A DNA stretch of 64,000 nucleotides, from NCBI GenBank assembly GCA_963702845.1, contig OY969763.1, positions 4,064,001 through 4,128,000 on the forward strand, given 5' to 3'. The position numbers were made by a program, and so were the translations under genes. This stretch comes from an uncultured Verrucomicrobiae bacterium. GTDB taxonomy: Bacteria > Verrucomicrobiota > Verrucomicrobiia > Limisphaerales > Palsa-1400. Below the pieces are notes generated by a model. It was not told where the DNA came from. It made no database searches and saw only the letters and a program-made list of their open reading frames with translations. Shown here piece by piece: positions 54,385 through 64,000 of the stretch. Position 1 is the first letter of the stretch. Every line of letters starts with the position of its first letter.

Positions 54385-55200
54385 ATGTTGACCGATTCGC
54401 AGATCTGGAAAGCCTTGAACCGCCCGGGACAGCTTAGTCTTCTTGCTGGCCCATGTGTGGTTGAGACCGAAAAGATGTGCTTTGAGGTCGCTCGATCGCT
54501 TAAGAAAACCTGTCAAAAACTCGGGATCAACTATGTTTTCAAAGCCAGTTACGACAAGGCAAACCGGTCGTCCGGGCAATCGTTTCGTGGTCCGGGAATG
54601 AAGGCTGGTTTAGCTGTTTTGGCGAAGATTCGCAAGGAACTGGATTTGCCGATTGTTACTGACGTTCATTCTGAGCAACAGGTGGCGATGGCGGCGGAAG
54701 TCGCGGACGTCTTGCAGATTCCGGCGTTTCTGTGCCGGCAAACGGATTTGATTGAAGCTGCCGTGGCGACCGGCAAAATCGTGAATATCAAGAAAGGACA
54801 ATTTCTCTCGCCGCAAGAAATGGGGTTGGTCGTGAAAAAGGCGGCTGCTGTCGGCGGCAAGCGAGTGATGATTACGGAGCGCGGAACGACATTCGGGTAT
54901 AATAACCTCGTGGCTGACATGCGTTCGATTCCGATCATGAAACAAAATGGCGTGCCGGTGATTTTCGACGCGACACACTCCGTGCAGCTTCCGGGTGCTG
55001 GTGGCGATCGTTCGGGCGGCCAACGCGAGATGGCACCGGTTTTGGCGAAGTGTGCCATTGCTGCCGGCGCGACGGGTTTGTTCATCGAAACGCATCCTGA
55101 CCCGGATAAAGCATTGAGCGACGGACCGAATATGATTCCGCTCGCGCAAATGCCGCGCGTGCTGACCGAAATCATGAAAGTTTATGAGGCTGTGCATTAG
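54385..55200 (+). CDS. kdsA: KDO-8-phosphate synthase
   Basis: AGPCV.E, DKANRSS, PAFLCRQT and FDATHSVQ motifs. Confidence 0.97.
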   Translation: MLTDSQIWKALNRPGQLSLLAGPCVVETEKMCFEVARSLKKTCQKLGINYVFKASYDKANRSSGQSFRGPGMKAGLAVLAKIRKELDLPIVTDVHSEQQVAMAAEVADVLQIPAFLCRQTDLIEAAVATGKIVNIKKGQFLSPQEMGLVVKKAAAVGGKRVMITERGTTFGYNNLVADMRSIPIMKQNGVPVIFDATHSVQLPGAGGDRSGGQREMAPVLAKCAIAAGATGLFIETHPDPDKALSDGPNMIPLAQMPRVLTEIMKVYEAVH

Positions 55201-57022
55201 AACACTCCTCGCATTGATCGCGACGTTGGCGCTGGCGACTTGTTGCGTCCACGCTCAGGTGCCGCAGGAAGCCAAATCGATCAAAGACTTCAGAAAAATT
55301 TTCTATCGCAACACGCCACAGGGAAAAATCCCGGAAGCCATTTGTAGCGGAGCAGAGGCGAATCCATTGACGGGCACTCAAATTGAGCTGAAGGATTTCA
55401 CGCTGGAAACGTTGCGCGGTCAGGAGACCCAATTTATCGCGAAGGCGCCACAATGCGTCATCGACGTGAAAGAAGAATACGCCACGTCAGCCGGTCCAAT
55501 GCGAGGATTCACCGCAACGACCAATTTCTATATTCAAGGCGTCGGCTTCCTCTGCACGAAAACAAATTCGCTGTTGGTCATTTCAAACCAGGTCGAAACG
55601 CGAATTCAAAAGTCCGTTCTCAAAGGGCCGCTTCCGTTCGGCATGAAGACCAACGCGTCCGTCGAGATTGTCAAAATATTCTCTGACCATTTTCAACTGC
55701 TCTATCAATCGAATCTCGCGACCTACACCGGCCACGTCCGCGTGGTGGACTCGCGCATGGTAATGACGTGCGACGTCTTGAACACGCACTTCGGCACGAA
55801 TAGTTCCATTGAGAATATCACCGCCGAACGAAACGTGATCCTGACACAAACAAATGGCAATCGCGCCACAGGCGACCTGGCGGTTTACTCAATTGCAGGC
55901 ACAAATGAAACGGTGGATTTAATCGGCAACGCACATTGGAACGACGGGCAGCATGACGTGACCGCGCGTTCGTTCTTCTACGACGGGCGCACGGACGAAT
56001 TGCTGGCGGCCGATAGAGTGAAGGTTCACTACGATAATGGCACGCATCGTCCTCCGCGCAACGCGGACGATTTCAGCGAGCTGTTCGCTAACACTGCGAC
56101 GATTTACAATGCGACGCGGAAGCACGCCAAGGCGCAGAATGTTTTGGCGCAAGGTGACGTGATGATGACAAATCATTATGACCACAGCTTTGCGCAGAGT
56201 TATCGCGCGACGTATTCGGACACCAACGGCGTCGTCGAGCTCACCGGAAGCCCAATGATTAAAAACGAGCGCGGGCAAATTAGCGGTTATTTGTTATCGA
56301 TAGATCGATCGAACAGCGTTTTTCATTCACGCGGAAATACATCGGCGATTTTCAACGACCATGAGATCGCCGTGCGGGTTCGCTCGACTGATCTGGATTA
56401 CACGACGAACGAGGCTCGGTTTATCGGCGAGGTGAAAGGCTCAGTGTCAAAGGGCAATCTGCCGCCAAGCCATCTACAATGTGACAACCTGACATTGACG
56501 CTTGGGCCGAGTAATCAGGTGATCACCGCCGTGGCCGAAGGAAATGTTCACGGTGACAATCCGGCGAAAAGAGGTCAGCAGACGTTGTCTTGTGAGTTGT
56601 TAACCGTCAATCGCAACCCAAAAACTGGCCTGGTGCGCGATGTCGATGCGCGCGGAAACTGCAAATTTCAAGAGACGGGCAATGCTCCGAAAGTCGCATT
56701 GAGAACACTGACAGCGACGAATTTCCATGCGGAGTTTTCGCCGGTGACAAACAAAGTGGAGCGATTCACTGCGCAAGGCGGAATTGTTGCGATGCAAACG
56801 ATTTTGACGAGAACTAATCAGGTGACTGGCGCGAAGTTGGTTTATACGGCTGCGCCGATTGAAAAGATTGAGGTGACCGGCCATCCCAAAGCGCGGACGG
56901 ATCGGGCCGTTATTTCCAATGCCGATTTGTTCACGTGGTTGGTCCAGAGCAGCACCTTCCGGGCGGTCGGCAAATATAATATTACTCCAACTCCGCGCAC
57001 GAAGTCGCTACCATCCCGCTAA
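55184..57022 (+). CDS. LptC/LptA (OstA) repeat protein
   Basis: Lies between kdsA and lptB; repeated ATYTG.V.V...A.G.V...A.Y beta-jellyroll patterns. Confidence 0.7.
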   Translation: MRLCIRTLLALIATLALATCCVHAQVPQEAKSIKDFRKIFYRNTPQGKIPEAICSGAEANPLTGTQIELKDFTLETLRGQETQFIAKAPQCVIDVKEEYATSAGPMRGFTATTNFYIQGVGFLCTKTNSLLVISNQVETRIQKSVLKGPLPFGMKTNASVEIVKIFSDHFQLLYQSNLATYTGHVRVVDSRMVMTCDVLNTHFGTNSSIENITAERNVILTQTNGNRATGDLAVYSIAGTNETVDLIGNAHWNDGQHDVTARSFFYDGRTDELLAADRVKVHYDNGTHRPPRNADDFSELFANTATIYNATRKHAKAQNVLAQGDVMMTNHYDHSFAQSYRATYSDTNGVVELTGSPMIKNERGQISGYLLSIDRSNSVFHSRGNTSAIFNDHEIAVRVRSTDLDYTTNEARFIGEVKGSVSKGNLPPSHLQCDNLTLTLGPSNQVITAVAEGNVHGDNPAKRGQQTLSCELLTVNRNPKTGLVRDVDARGNCKFQETGNAPKVALRTLTATNFHAEFSPVTNKVERFTAQGGIVAMQTILTRTNQVTGAKLVYTAAPIEKIEVTGHPKARTDRAVISNADLFTWLVQSSTFRAVGKYNITPTPRTKSLPSR

Positions 57023-57026
57023 CTAG

Positions 57027-57821
57027 ATGGCGCAGCCCCGAACACAACCGAAAAAGCAAACGCCCGATACGACTGCGCCAGCGCTCGTGGTTGCACAGGG
57101 GCATTTGCTCGCGACCGATAAGCTCGCCAAACAATACAGTGGGCGTGCGGTTGTAAATGGAGTTTCGATTTTTGTTAAGCCCGGTGAAATCGTCGGATTG
57201 CTTGGTCCAAACGGCGCGGGAAAAACGACCACGTTCAACATGGTGGTCGGCATTGTCAAACCCGACTCAGGATCGGTCAGTTTTTTGGAACACAACGTGA
57301 CCGGGTTGCCGATGCACAAACGTGCCCGGCTGGGAATTGGTTATCTGACGCAAGAGCCGTCGGTGTTCCGCAAGCTGACGGTTGAACAAAATATCTTGGC
57401 GATTCTCGAAACGTGCATCATGGATTCGAAGGAACGCGGGCTGCGTCTCAAATCGCTGCTGGATGAACTTGATCTCGCCCGGCTCGCCAAAAGCAAGGCA
57501 TACACGCTCAGCGGCGGCGAGAAACGGCGCCTGGAAATCACGCGCGCTTTGGTGACAAGCCCGAAACTGCTTTTGCTCGACGAACCATTCAGCGGTATCG
57601 ATCCGATTGCGGTTTATGAAGTGCAGAAGATCGTGCGCCGCTTGAGCGAACGTGGCCTAGGAATCCTCATCACCGACCACAAAGCCCGTGAAATGCTTAA
57701 ACTCGTTGACAGGGCTTACTTGATTCACAAAGGCGAAGTGGTGTACCAAGGTCTGGGTCCGGAGATGGTCAATGATCCCAAAGCGCGGGAAATCTATCTC
57801 GGCCCGGAGTTTAACCTGTGA
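57027..57821 (+). CDS. lptB: LPS export ABC ATPase
   Basis: GPNGAGKTT, LSGGEKRRLEI, DEPFSGIDP and ITDH motifs. Confidence 0.95.
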   Translation: MAQPRTQPKKQTPDTTAPALVVAQGHLLATDKLAKQYSGRAVVNGVSIFVKPGEIVGLLGPNGAGKTTTFNMVVGIVKPDSGSVSFLEHNVTGLPMHKRARLGIGYLTQEPSVFRKLTVEQNILAILETCIMDSKERGLRLKSLLDELDLARLAKSKAYTLSGGEKRRLEITRALVTSPKLLLLDEPFSGIDPIAVYEVQKIVRRLSERGLGILITDHKAREMLKLVDRAYLIHKGEVVYQGLGPEMVNDPKAREIYLGPEFNL

Positions 57822-58780
57822 GCTCAGTGATGCAAAAGGACGCCATTACAGTCGAACGGTTTTATACCGAGCAATCGCGAAGCCTCGAATTGAAGCTCGT
57901 CGCGGGCGCGACTGGTTTGAAGAAGCGCTTCATTCGCGAACCGACCGTGAATCGGCCCGGCCTTGCGCTCGCGGGTTTCACGCGCTATTTCGCGAACAAG
58001 CGCATCCAGGTTATCGGTAATGCGGAGGCTTACTTTCTCAAGACGCTCAAGCCCGAGGAACGTCAGCAGCGTTACTCGCACCTGTTTACCTTCAAAGTTC
58101 CGGGCGTGGTCTTTTCGCGAAACCTGCATCCGGACAAAGCGTTTTTAAAAGCCGCCGAAGAACACGAGACGCCGATCTTCACCACCCCGATGATCACGAT
58201 GAAGTTCATCAATCTGGCGACGCTCGCGCTGGAAATGCTGTTCGCGCCGCGCGGGACAGAGATGGGTAGCATGGTCGATATTTTGGGTGTCGGCGTCATT
58301 ATTCGCGGCGAAAGCGGCATCGGCAAAAGTGAAAGCGTGCTCGCGCTCATCGAACGAGGATACAGTTTGGTGTCCGACGACATCACGCGCGTGACCCTGA
58401 TTGATGGCCGTGAAGTGATGGGCACCAGCGCCGAACTCACCCGCAATCACATGGAAGTGCGCGGCATCGGCATCATCAACGTCGCCTCGATGTTTGGTGT
58501 TAAGAGCATTCGCAAAGAAAAGCGCGTTGATCTTGTTATCACTTTAAAAACCTGGAACGACGTTCCGGACGTGGACCGCGTCGGGATGGATCAGGAATTT
58601 GTGAAGATTCTCGGTGCCGACATTCCGCATATTACGCTGCCGGTTCGTCCTGGTCGCGATCTGGCGCGATTGATTGAAGTCGCGGCGTTCCAGACTAAAT
58701 TGAAGGCTTCCGGCTACAACCCGGCTAAAGAATTAAACGATCGGCTGGTCGCGCAGATGGCCGGCAACACGCAGATTTGA
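57818..58780 (+). CDS. hprK: HPr kinase/phosphorylase
   Basis: RPGL.LAG, GESGIGKSE and MEVRGIGII motifs. Confidence 0.95.
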   Translation: MSSVMQKDAITVERFYTEQSRSLELKLVAGATGLKKRFIREPTVNRPGLALAGFTRYFANKRIQVIGNAEAYFLKTLKPEERQQRYSHLFTFKVPGVVFSRNLHPDKAFLKAAEEHETPIFTTPMITMKFINLATLALEMLFAPRGTEMGSMVDILGVGVIIRGESGIGKSESVLALIERGYSLVSDDITRVTLIDGREVMGTSAELTRNHMEVRGIGIINVASMFGVKSIRKEKRVDLVITLKTWNDVPDVDRVGMDQEFVKILGADIPHITLPVRPGRDLARLIEVAAFQTKLKASGYNPAKELNDRLVAQMAGNTQI

Positions 58781-59076
58781 TGAGCACAGGCAAAAAACCC
58801 GGCGGTAAATCGCATCAGCGCGAGTTTGTTATTGTTAACAAGCTCGGCATTCACGCACGTCCGGCGGCAATGTTCGTCAAAACGGCGAATCGATTTCAGT
58901 GTGATTGTTTTGTCGAAAAAGACGGTGAACGAATCAACGGCAAGAGCATCATGGGTTTGATGATGTTGGCCGCTGGCCCGGGAAGTTCGATCACGGTGAT
59001 CTGCGAAGGGGCCGATGCAAACGAAGCCCTCGATGAACTGGAAGCGTTGGTGAAACGCAAGTTTGATGAGGAATAG
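58777..59076 (+). CDS. ptsH: Phosphocarrier HPr
   Basis: GIHARPA and KSIMGLMML motifs. Confidence 0.95.
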   Translation: MMSTGKKPGGKSHQREFVIVNKLGIHARPAAMFVKTANRFQCDCFVEKDGERINGKSIMGLMMLAAGPGSSITVICEGADANEALDELEALVKRKFDEE

Positions 59077-59106
59077 GCTTAATTTTACAACCTGACATTT
59101 ACACGC

Positions 59107-59391
59107 ATGCCTACTGAAGTTGATGTTAAATACGTGGCGCATCTCGCGCGCATTTCGCTGACTGCCGAAGAAGAACAACAATTCGGTCCGCAGCTAAAGA
59201 ACATTCTCGGCTACATCGAGAAGCTCAATCAACTCGACGTCAGCCAGATCGAGCCAACCGCTCACGCGGTGCCGCTCGTGAACGTGTTTCGCAAAGACGA
59301 AGTCCGCCCTTCCCTTTCAAACGAGGATGCTTTGCGCAATGCGCCGGCAAAAGCTAACGGTCTTTTCGTGGTCCCAAAAATTGTCGAGTAA
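59107..59391 (+). CDS. gatC: Asp/Glu-tRNA amidotransferase subunit C
   Basis: VAHLARI...NAP....FVVPKI pattern. Confidence 0.95.
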   Translation: MPTEVDVKYVAHLARISLTAEEEQQFGPQLKNILGYIEKLNQLDVSQIEPTAHAVPLVNVFRKDEVRPSLSNEDALRNAPAKANGLFVVPKIVE

Positions 59392-59395
59392 GCGC

Positions 59396-60853
59396 ATGTT
59401 GCACCGTCTCACCATTTCCGAATTGTCGCAGAAGCTTTCCAAGCGCGAGGTCAGCGCGCGCGAAGTCATGCAGTCGTGCCTCGACCAAATCAAACGCGTC
59501 GACGGCAAACTCCACGCTTTCATCAGCTACAACGCCGAAGACGCATTGGCGCAGGCCGACGCTGCCGATAAGGCGCTGCCTGCCGGCGCGAACCAATCGC
59601 TCCTTGGCATTCCAATCGGCATGAAGGATGTGCTGGCGGTGAAAAATCACCCGCTGAATTGTGGCTCGAAAATTTTAGGTTCGTTTACGTCGCTTTACGA
59701 TGCAACCGCGGTGACGAAATTGCGTGAAGCCGGGGCAGTCATTTTCGGTCGATTGAACATGGACGAATTTGCCATGGGCAGTTCCACCGAAAACTCCGGG
59801 TTCGGACCGGCGTGTAATCCGTGGGACACGACGCGCATTCCGGGCGGTTCCTCTGGCGGTTCGGCAGTGGCGGTTGCTGCCGACGAATGCATCGCGACGC
59901 TCGGCACAGATACGGGCGGCTCGATTCGTCAACCTGCGGCATTGTGTGGATGCGTAGGACTGAAACCGACCTACGGCCGTGTTTCGCGATACGGTCTCGT
60001 AGCGTTCGCGTCATCGCTCGATCAAATCGGTCCTTTTACAAAAACCGTTCGCGATTCCGCGCTCATGCTTAATGCGATCAGCGGTTACGATCCGTGCGAT
60101 TCGACGATTATTCCGGAACCGGTTCCTGATTACACAGCCGCGCTCACTGGCGATATCAAAGGCCTGAAGATCGGTATCGCCAAGGAATACGCCGTCGGTG
60201 GGCTCGATTCTGAAGTGAACACTGCGGTGCAAAACGCAGTGAAACATCTGGAAAAACTCGGCGCCGAAATCGTGGAAGTCTCCCTGCCCCACACCGATTA
60301 CGCGGTCGCGACCTATTATATTGTTGCTACCGCTGAAGCGAGCGCCAACCTCGCGCGCTTCGACGGCATCCGATATTGCGCGCGCGTCGAAGGGGCCGAT
60401 CCGATTGAACTTTATTGTAAGACGCGCGGGGCCGGTTTTGGCGCGGAGGTGAAACGCCGCATCATTCTCGGGACCTACGTGCTGAGTAGCGGGTATCACG
60501 ATGCGTTTTACGTTCGTGCCCAAAAAGTGCGCACGCTCATTCGCCAGGATTTCCTGAACGCATTTCACAAGGTCGACGCGATCGTCACACCGACGTCGCC
60601 GACGCCAGCGTTCAAAATCGGTGAAAAGATTGGTGATCCGTTGCAGATGTATCTCTCGGACATCTTCACCATTTCAGCGAACCTCGCCGGCATTTGCGGC
60701 ATCAGCATTCCGTGCGGCTTTACGTCCAGTCCCAAATTACCCATCGGCCTGCAACTCATTGGCAAACCTTTCGGCGAAGAAACGATCCTGAAGATTGCCG
60801 ATGCTTACGAGCGCACCACGCCGTGGCATAAAGAGAAGTCGCCGTTGAGTTAA
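59396..60853 (+). CDS. gatA: Asp/Glu-tRNA amidotransferase subunit A
   Basis: [27 protein letters not shown] and EVKRRI.LG motifs. Confidence 0.97.
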   Translation: MLHRLTISELSQKLSKREVSAREVMQSCLDQIKRVDGKLHAFISYNAEDALAQADAADKALPAGANQSLLGIPIGMKDVLAVKNHPLNCGSKILGSFTSLYDATAVTKLREAGAVIFGRLNMDEFAMGSSTENSGFGPACNPWDTTRIPGGSSGGSAVAVAADECIATLGTDTGGSIRQPAALCGCVGLKPTYGRVSRYGLVAFASSLDQIGPFTKTVRDSALMLNAISGYDPCDSTIIPEPVPDYTAALTGDIKGLKIGIAKEYAVGGLDSEVNTAVQNAVKHLEKLGAEIVEVSLPHTDYAVATYYIVATAEASANLARFDGIRYCARVEGADPIELYCKTRGAGFGAEVKRRIILGTYVLSSGYHDAFYVRAQKVRTLIRQDFLNAFHKVDAIVTPTSPTPAFKIGEKIGDPLQMYLSDIFTISANLAGICGISIPCGFTSSPKLPIGLQLIGKPFGEETILKIADAYERTTPWHKEKSPLS

Positions 60854-60854
60854 G

Positions 60855-61802
60855 CTAAGCGGTTGGGCGACGGAGCATGAAAATGGCGAGAGCGCGAATA
60901 CGGAATAGCGGTGGCTCATTGACCAGGTGCGGCTTGATATAAAACGGCCAAAGCACCAGCGATTTCAACAACTCACCAATGGCGGTCAGACGCTTCCCTT
61001 GATCGTAATAGGTCCACGCGGATTGAAAGTAAAAAAACGACCATACGTGCAGCCAATAAAAGATTTTCCCGCGTAGCTCCGGATAGGCGCGATAGGATTT
61101 GAGAATCGTCCGTTTGATCTTCTCCTTCATCGACGTCGCGTTCTTGCTCATGTTCGTCGAATGTTTTCGAATGAGCACGAGGAGTTGGCCGTGAATGAAA
61201 ACGCGATGGTGTTCGGCGATGCGAATCCACATGTCGCGATCTTCAGAGACGTAATTCGAATCGAAATAGCCCGCGTCAACCACAGCGGCTTTCCGCGCAA
61301 CAACGGCCGACGGAAAAAACCGCGTGCGAAATATCAGGTTCGTAAGCGTGACCTCTTCATCGATATCGGGCAGGAGCCGTTTCAATCCGAGTGGTTTGCT
61401 GTCCAGACCGACCTGAACAGCACGGCAAGCGACAACACCATATTCCTTCGGCAATTTGTTGAAGTAATCCAGTGCGACCGCGACAAACTTTGGCTCCCAT
61501 TCGTCATCGGCATCAAGGAAGCCGACGAATTCACCCGTCGCTGCTTTTACACCAGTATTGCGCGCGTCCGGCAAACCGGCGTTCTTCTGATAAACGTAAC
61601 GAACACGATTTCCGTACTTAGCGACAACTTCTCGCGTGTTGTCGGTTGAGCCATCGTCCACGACTATGCATTCAACGTTCGGATGCGTCTGGTTGAGGAC
61701 AGAATCGATCGCCTTACCGACGAACGCGGCATAATTGTAAGATGGAATTACAGCCGAAACCGTCGGCACTGCTTTTTTCGGAGACGGCGACGGCGAGGTC
61801 AC
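60855..61802 (-). CDS. Family 2 glycosyltransferase
   Basis: VIPSYN, VDDGSTD, FLDADD and SED motifs. Confidence 0.9.
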   Translation of the reverse strand: MTSPSPSPKKAVPTVSAVIPSYNYAAFVGKAIDSVLNQTHPNVECIVVDDGSTDNTREVVAKYGNRVRYVYQKNAGLPDARNTGVKAATGEFVGFLDADDEWEPKFVAVALDYFNKLPKEYGVVACRAVQVGLDSKPLGLKRLLPDIDEEVTLTNLIFRTRFFPSAVVARKAAVVDAGYFDSNYVSEDRDMWIRIAEHHRVFIHGQLLVLIRKHSTNMSKNATSMKEKIKRTILKSYRAYPELRGKIFYWLHVWSFFYFQSAWTYYDQGKRLTAIGELLKSLVLWPFYIKPHLVNEPPLFRIRALAIFMLRRPTA

Positions 61803-61810
61803 GGCGAGAA

Positions 61811-63970
61811 TTAACTCTCGATGCCAGCGGCCGGCGTCGCCTCAAATGCCTTGTAGTTACTGTAATACCGCGGCGAGTAATAGAAATACTTATAGCGGTT
61901 GGCGAAGGCATTGAAATCGAGACGATTCAGCACAAAGCCGGAAAATTTCGCGCCGTTGGTTTGCAACGCCAGGATGGCGTCTTTTACGTTGGGCACCTGG
62001 GTGTGGTTGGCCCAGATCACAACCATCACGCCGTCAGCATGACGTTGCATGATCGAAGTTTCGGACAGGCCAAGAACCGGCGGAGAATCAATAATAACGC
62101 GCTGATATTGGGAACGCAGTTCCTGGACGATCCTGGCAAAACCGGCGCTATCGAGAAGTTCCGCAGCCCAGTTGAGGTGCTTGCCGCATGTCATCACGGT
62201 TAGATTTTCGTTGCCGGTCGGACGGCAAGCATCGGCGATGGTGTTATACTTCGAGAGCACGTCGCTTAAGCCCGGCTTGTTTTGCGCACCGAAAACGCGG
62301 TGCAAACGGCCACGGCGCAAGTCGCCGTCGACCAAAATCGTTTTTTCGCCTTTGCTCGCAAACGACATTGCGAGGTTCGCCGCGATCATCGTTTTACCTT
62401 CCTGCGGCATAGCGCTCGTGACAAGGATGACCTGCGGCAGGTTCGCATCCGCCGAGTGCATGATCAGGTTCGTGCGAATGATCCGGAAATTCTCCAACAA
62501 ATGATATTCGGGTTTAGCCGCCGGTTTGCTGTTTGAACCAGATACAAGAATGTTCTGAATGGCCGTTTCATCGACACGCGGTACCACGCCAAGGCCACGC
62601 AATCCAAGCTGTTCTTCGGCATGTTCAACATCCGAAATGCTGTTGTCGAGATACGCAATCAGGAATGGGATAGCAATCGCTAGCGCAATACCTGCGATCA
62701 AGGACATCGCCGTAATCTTCATGCGGTTGGGTGAAACCGGATCCGATTTGATGGGCTCGAGAGGCCCGATGTAATCGACGCTGATGCGGTCGTGGCCTTC
62801 GCTCATGTCGAAGGCATTCAATTTGCGCAGAATCGAATCCATCGCCTTGGCCAAGTGGGCTCCGCCCTGGCGTGACAAATCGTAATCCTGCGACGCCTTT
62901 TCACTCGCGCGGGAAAGTTCATCATACACCGGCAGGCGCCGTTCCAATTCATGCTGGCTGGCGACCAAGGTGTCGTAGTTGAGGTTGAACGAGCGTTGCT
63001 GATTATTATATTCCGCGTCCAACTGCTCGCCGATCTGCTTCAAGCGCGCGAGGCGGGTGCGGATCTCGGGATGTCCGGGCAGATATTTTTCGCTCTTTTT
63101 GGCGATTTCCTGTTCAAGGGTGTGAGCTTCGCGATCCAGTTTTTGCCAGTTCTGCGTGTTTGGGACGATTTGGCGGGGAAGAACAATCGTGTCACTCCCA
63201 GTGGAAGAATCCTCGGGCGCGATCTGCGTTCCGACCTTGGGCTGCAAATCCTGATACTTGGCAACCTCGGGCAACGAATTCAGGAACGTGAGTTTGACTA
63301 CCGGATCCGTGGTGCCATTGCACTTTTCACGAATGAAATCCATTTTTTCCAAGCGGGCCTTGATGAATTGAAGCTCGTTCGGAATGTGTTTAACTTCACC
63401 AAACTTGCGGTTCGTTTCCTGATAATTCCGCTTCACATCCGAATCCAGTGCCGCCTTCTTTTTGAATGAGTCCATCTCGGAATTATAGGACGTAAATGCG
63501 TCCTGCATCATCTGCACGCGCCGTTCTTCCACGAAGTCCTTGTATTCCTTGACCAGCATTTCTGGAAAATCTTTTGCCCATGAATATTGATAGGGCCAAA
63601 CCTCCAACTGCAGTCCCTCAATACTTTGTTTAACCTCGATGCGCTTGATCCAGTTGCGCTCCAGTTCCTTTGCGCTCACGTTCACGCCCAACTTCTTTGC
63701 AGCGCGTTCCCGCAACATGCCCGATTCCAACACGGATCTGACAAATTGTTTCTTGCCGTCACGGAAAACACTGCTGTTATCCATCACGTCATCGCTGACA
63801 TCCACACGAATGAGCGAACGCGAGTTGTAGACCGGACGCGCAAAGCAGTAATAGGTAAGACCGGCCACCAGACAGAGGCACATGATCAAAAGCATCAAGC
63901 GCATGTGCTCGACCGCGACGGCCAAGTACATAATCACGTCATTTATTTTAAAGACGCTTTTGGTTTTCAT
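61811..63970 (-). CDS. Wzc-like polysaccharide co-polymerase/tyrosine autokinase
   Basis: Two TM segments; TSAMPQEGKT, DGDLRR and IIDSPP motifs; Tyr-rich C-terminus. Confidence 0.9.
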   Translation of the reverse strand: MKTKSVFKINDVIMYLAVAVEHMRLMLLIMCLCLVAGLTYYCFARPVYNSRSLIRVDVSDDVMDNSSVFRDGKKQFVRSVLESGMLRERAAKKLGVNVSAKELERNWIKRIEVKQSIEGLQLEVWPYQYSWAKDFPEMLVKEYKDFVEERRVQMMQDAFTSYNSEMDSFKKKAALDSDVKRNYQETNRKFGEVKHIPNELQFIKARLEKMDFIREKCNGTTDPVVKLTFLNSLPEVAKYQDLQPKVGTQIAPEDSSTGSDTIVLPRQIVPNTQNWQKLDREAHTLEQEIAKKSEKYLPGHPEIRTRLARLKQIGEQLDAEYNNQQRSFNLNYDTLVASQHELERRLPVYDELSRASEKASQDYDLSRQGGAHLAKAMDSILRKLNAFDMSEGHDRISVDYIGPLEPIKSDPVSPNRMKITAMSLIAGIALAIAIPFLIAYLDNSISDVEHAEEQLGLRGLGVVPRVDETAIQNILVSGSNSKPAAKPEYHLLENFRIIRTNLIMHSADANLPQVILVTSAMPQEGKTMIAANLAMSFASKGEKTILVDGDLRRGRLHRVFGAQNKPGLSDVLSKYNTIADACRPTGNENLTVMTCGKHLNWAAELLDSAGFARIVQELRSQYQRVIIDSPPVLGLSETSIMQRHADGVMVVIWANHTQVPNVKDAILALQTNGAKFSGFVLNRLDFNAFANRYKYFYYSPRYYSNYKAFEATPAAGIES

Positions 63971-64000
63971 ATCACTGCAAGTCGCGGCGGCTTAAAAACT

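Overview
Bacterial chromosomal window, most likely Verrucomicrobiota (Pedosphaera-like). This assignment is inferred from the PVC-type CxxCH dehydrogenase, the PQQ-propeller and ComGC-like pilin genes and the style of the intergenic repeats. Most of the window is housekeeping or carbohydrate genes: pfk, a stand-alone C-terminal half of carB, ygfZ, tRNA(CAT), ilvN-ilvC behind a leader-peptide attenuator, hemW, rph, GH78, pyrR-pyrB with a PyrR attenuator, mrp, apgM, transketolase, htrA, tatAAC, kdsA-lptA-lptB-hprK-ptsH-gatCA and wzc. The main accessory region is 6.35-12.19 kb. There, five copies of a ~93-bp TGTCTC/GAGACA quasi-palindrome with length-conserved but sequence-variable spacers surround a DnaB-N/AAA_25 helicase gene. 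They also bracket small cargo modules: a lone attC gene cassette, an orphan ORF and a toxin-antitoxin pair. No integrase is visible in the window. The attC is split by an IS110/IS1111 element whose 3' non-coding region holds 7-nt matches to both the reconstructed target junction and the circle junction, which points to bridge-RNA guides. A second unusual region (42.9-43.4 kb) stacks four different iteron-like modules, three of them with exact 10-bp periodicity. Many single-base frameshifts suggest long-read assembly errors.
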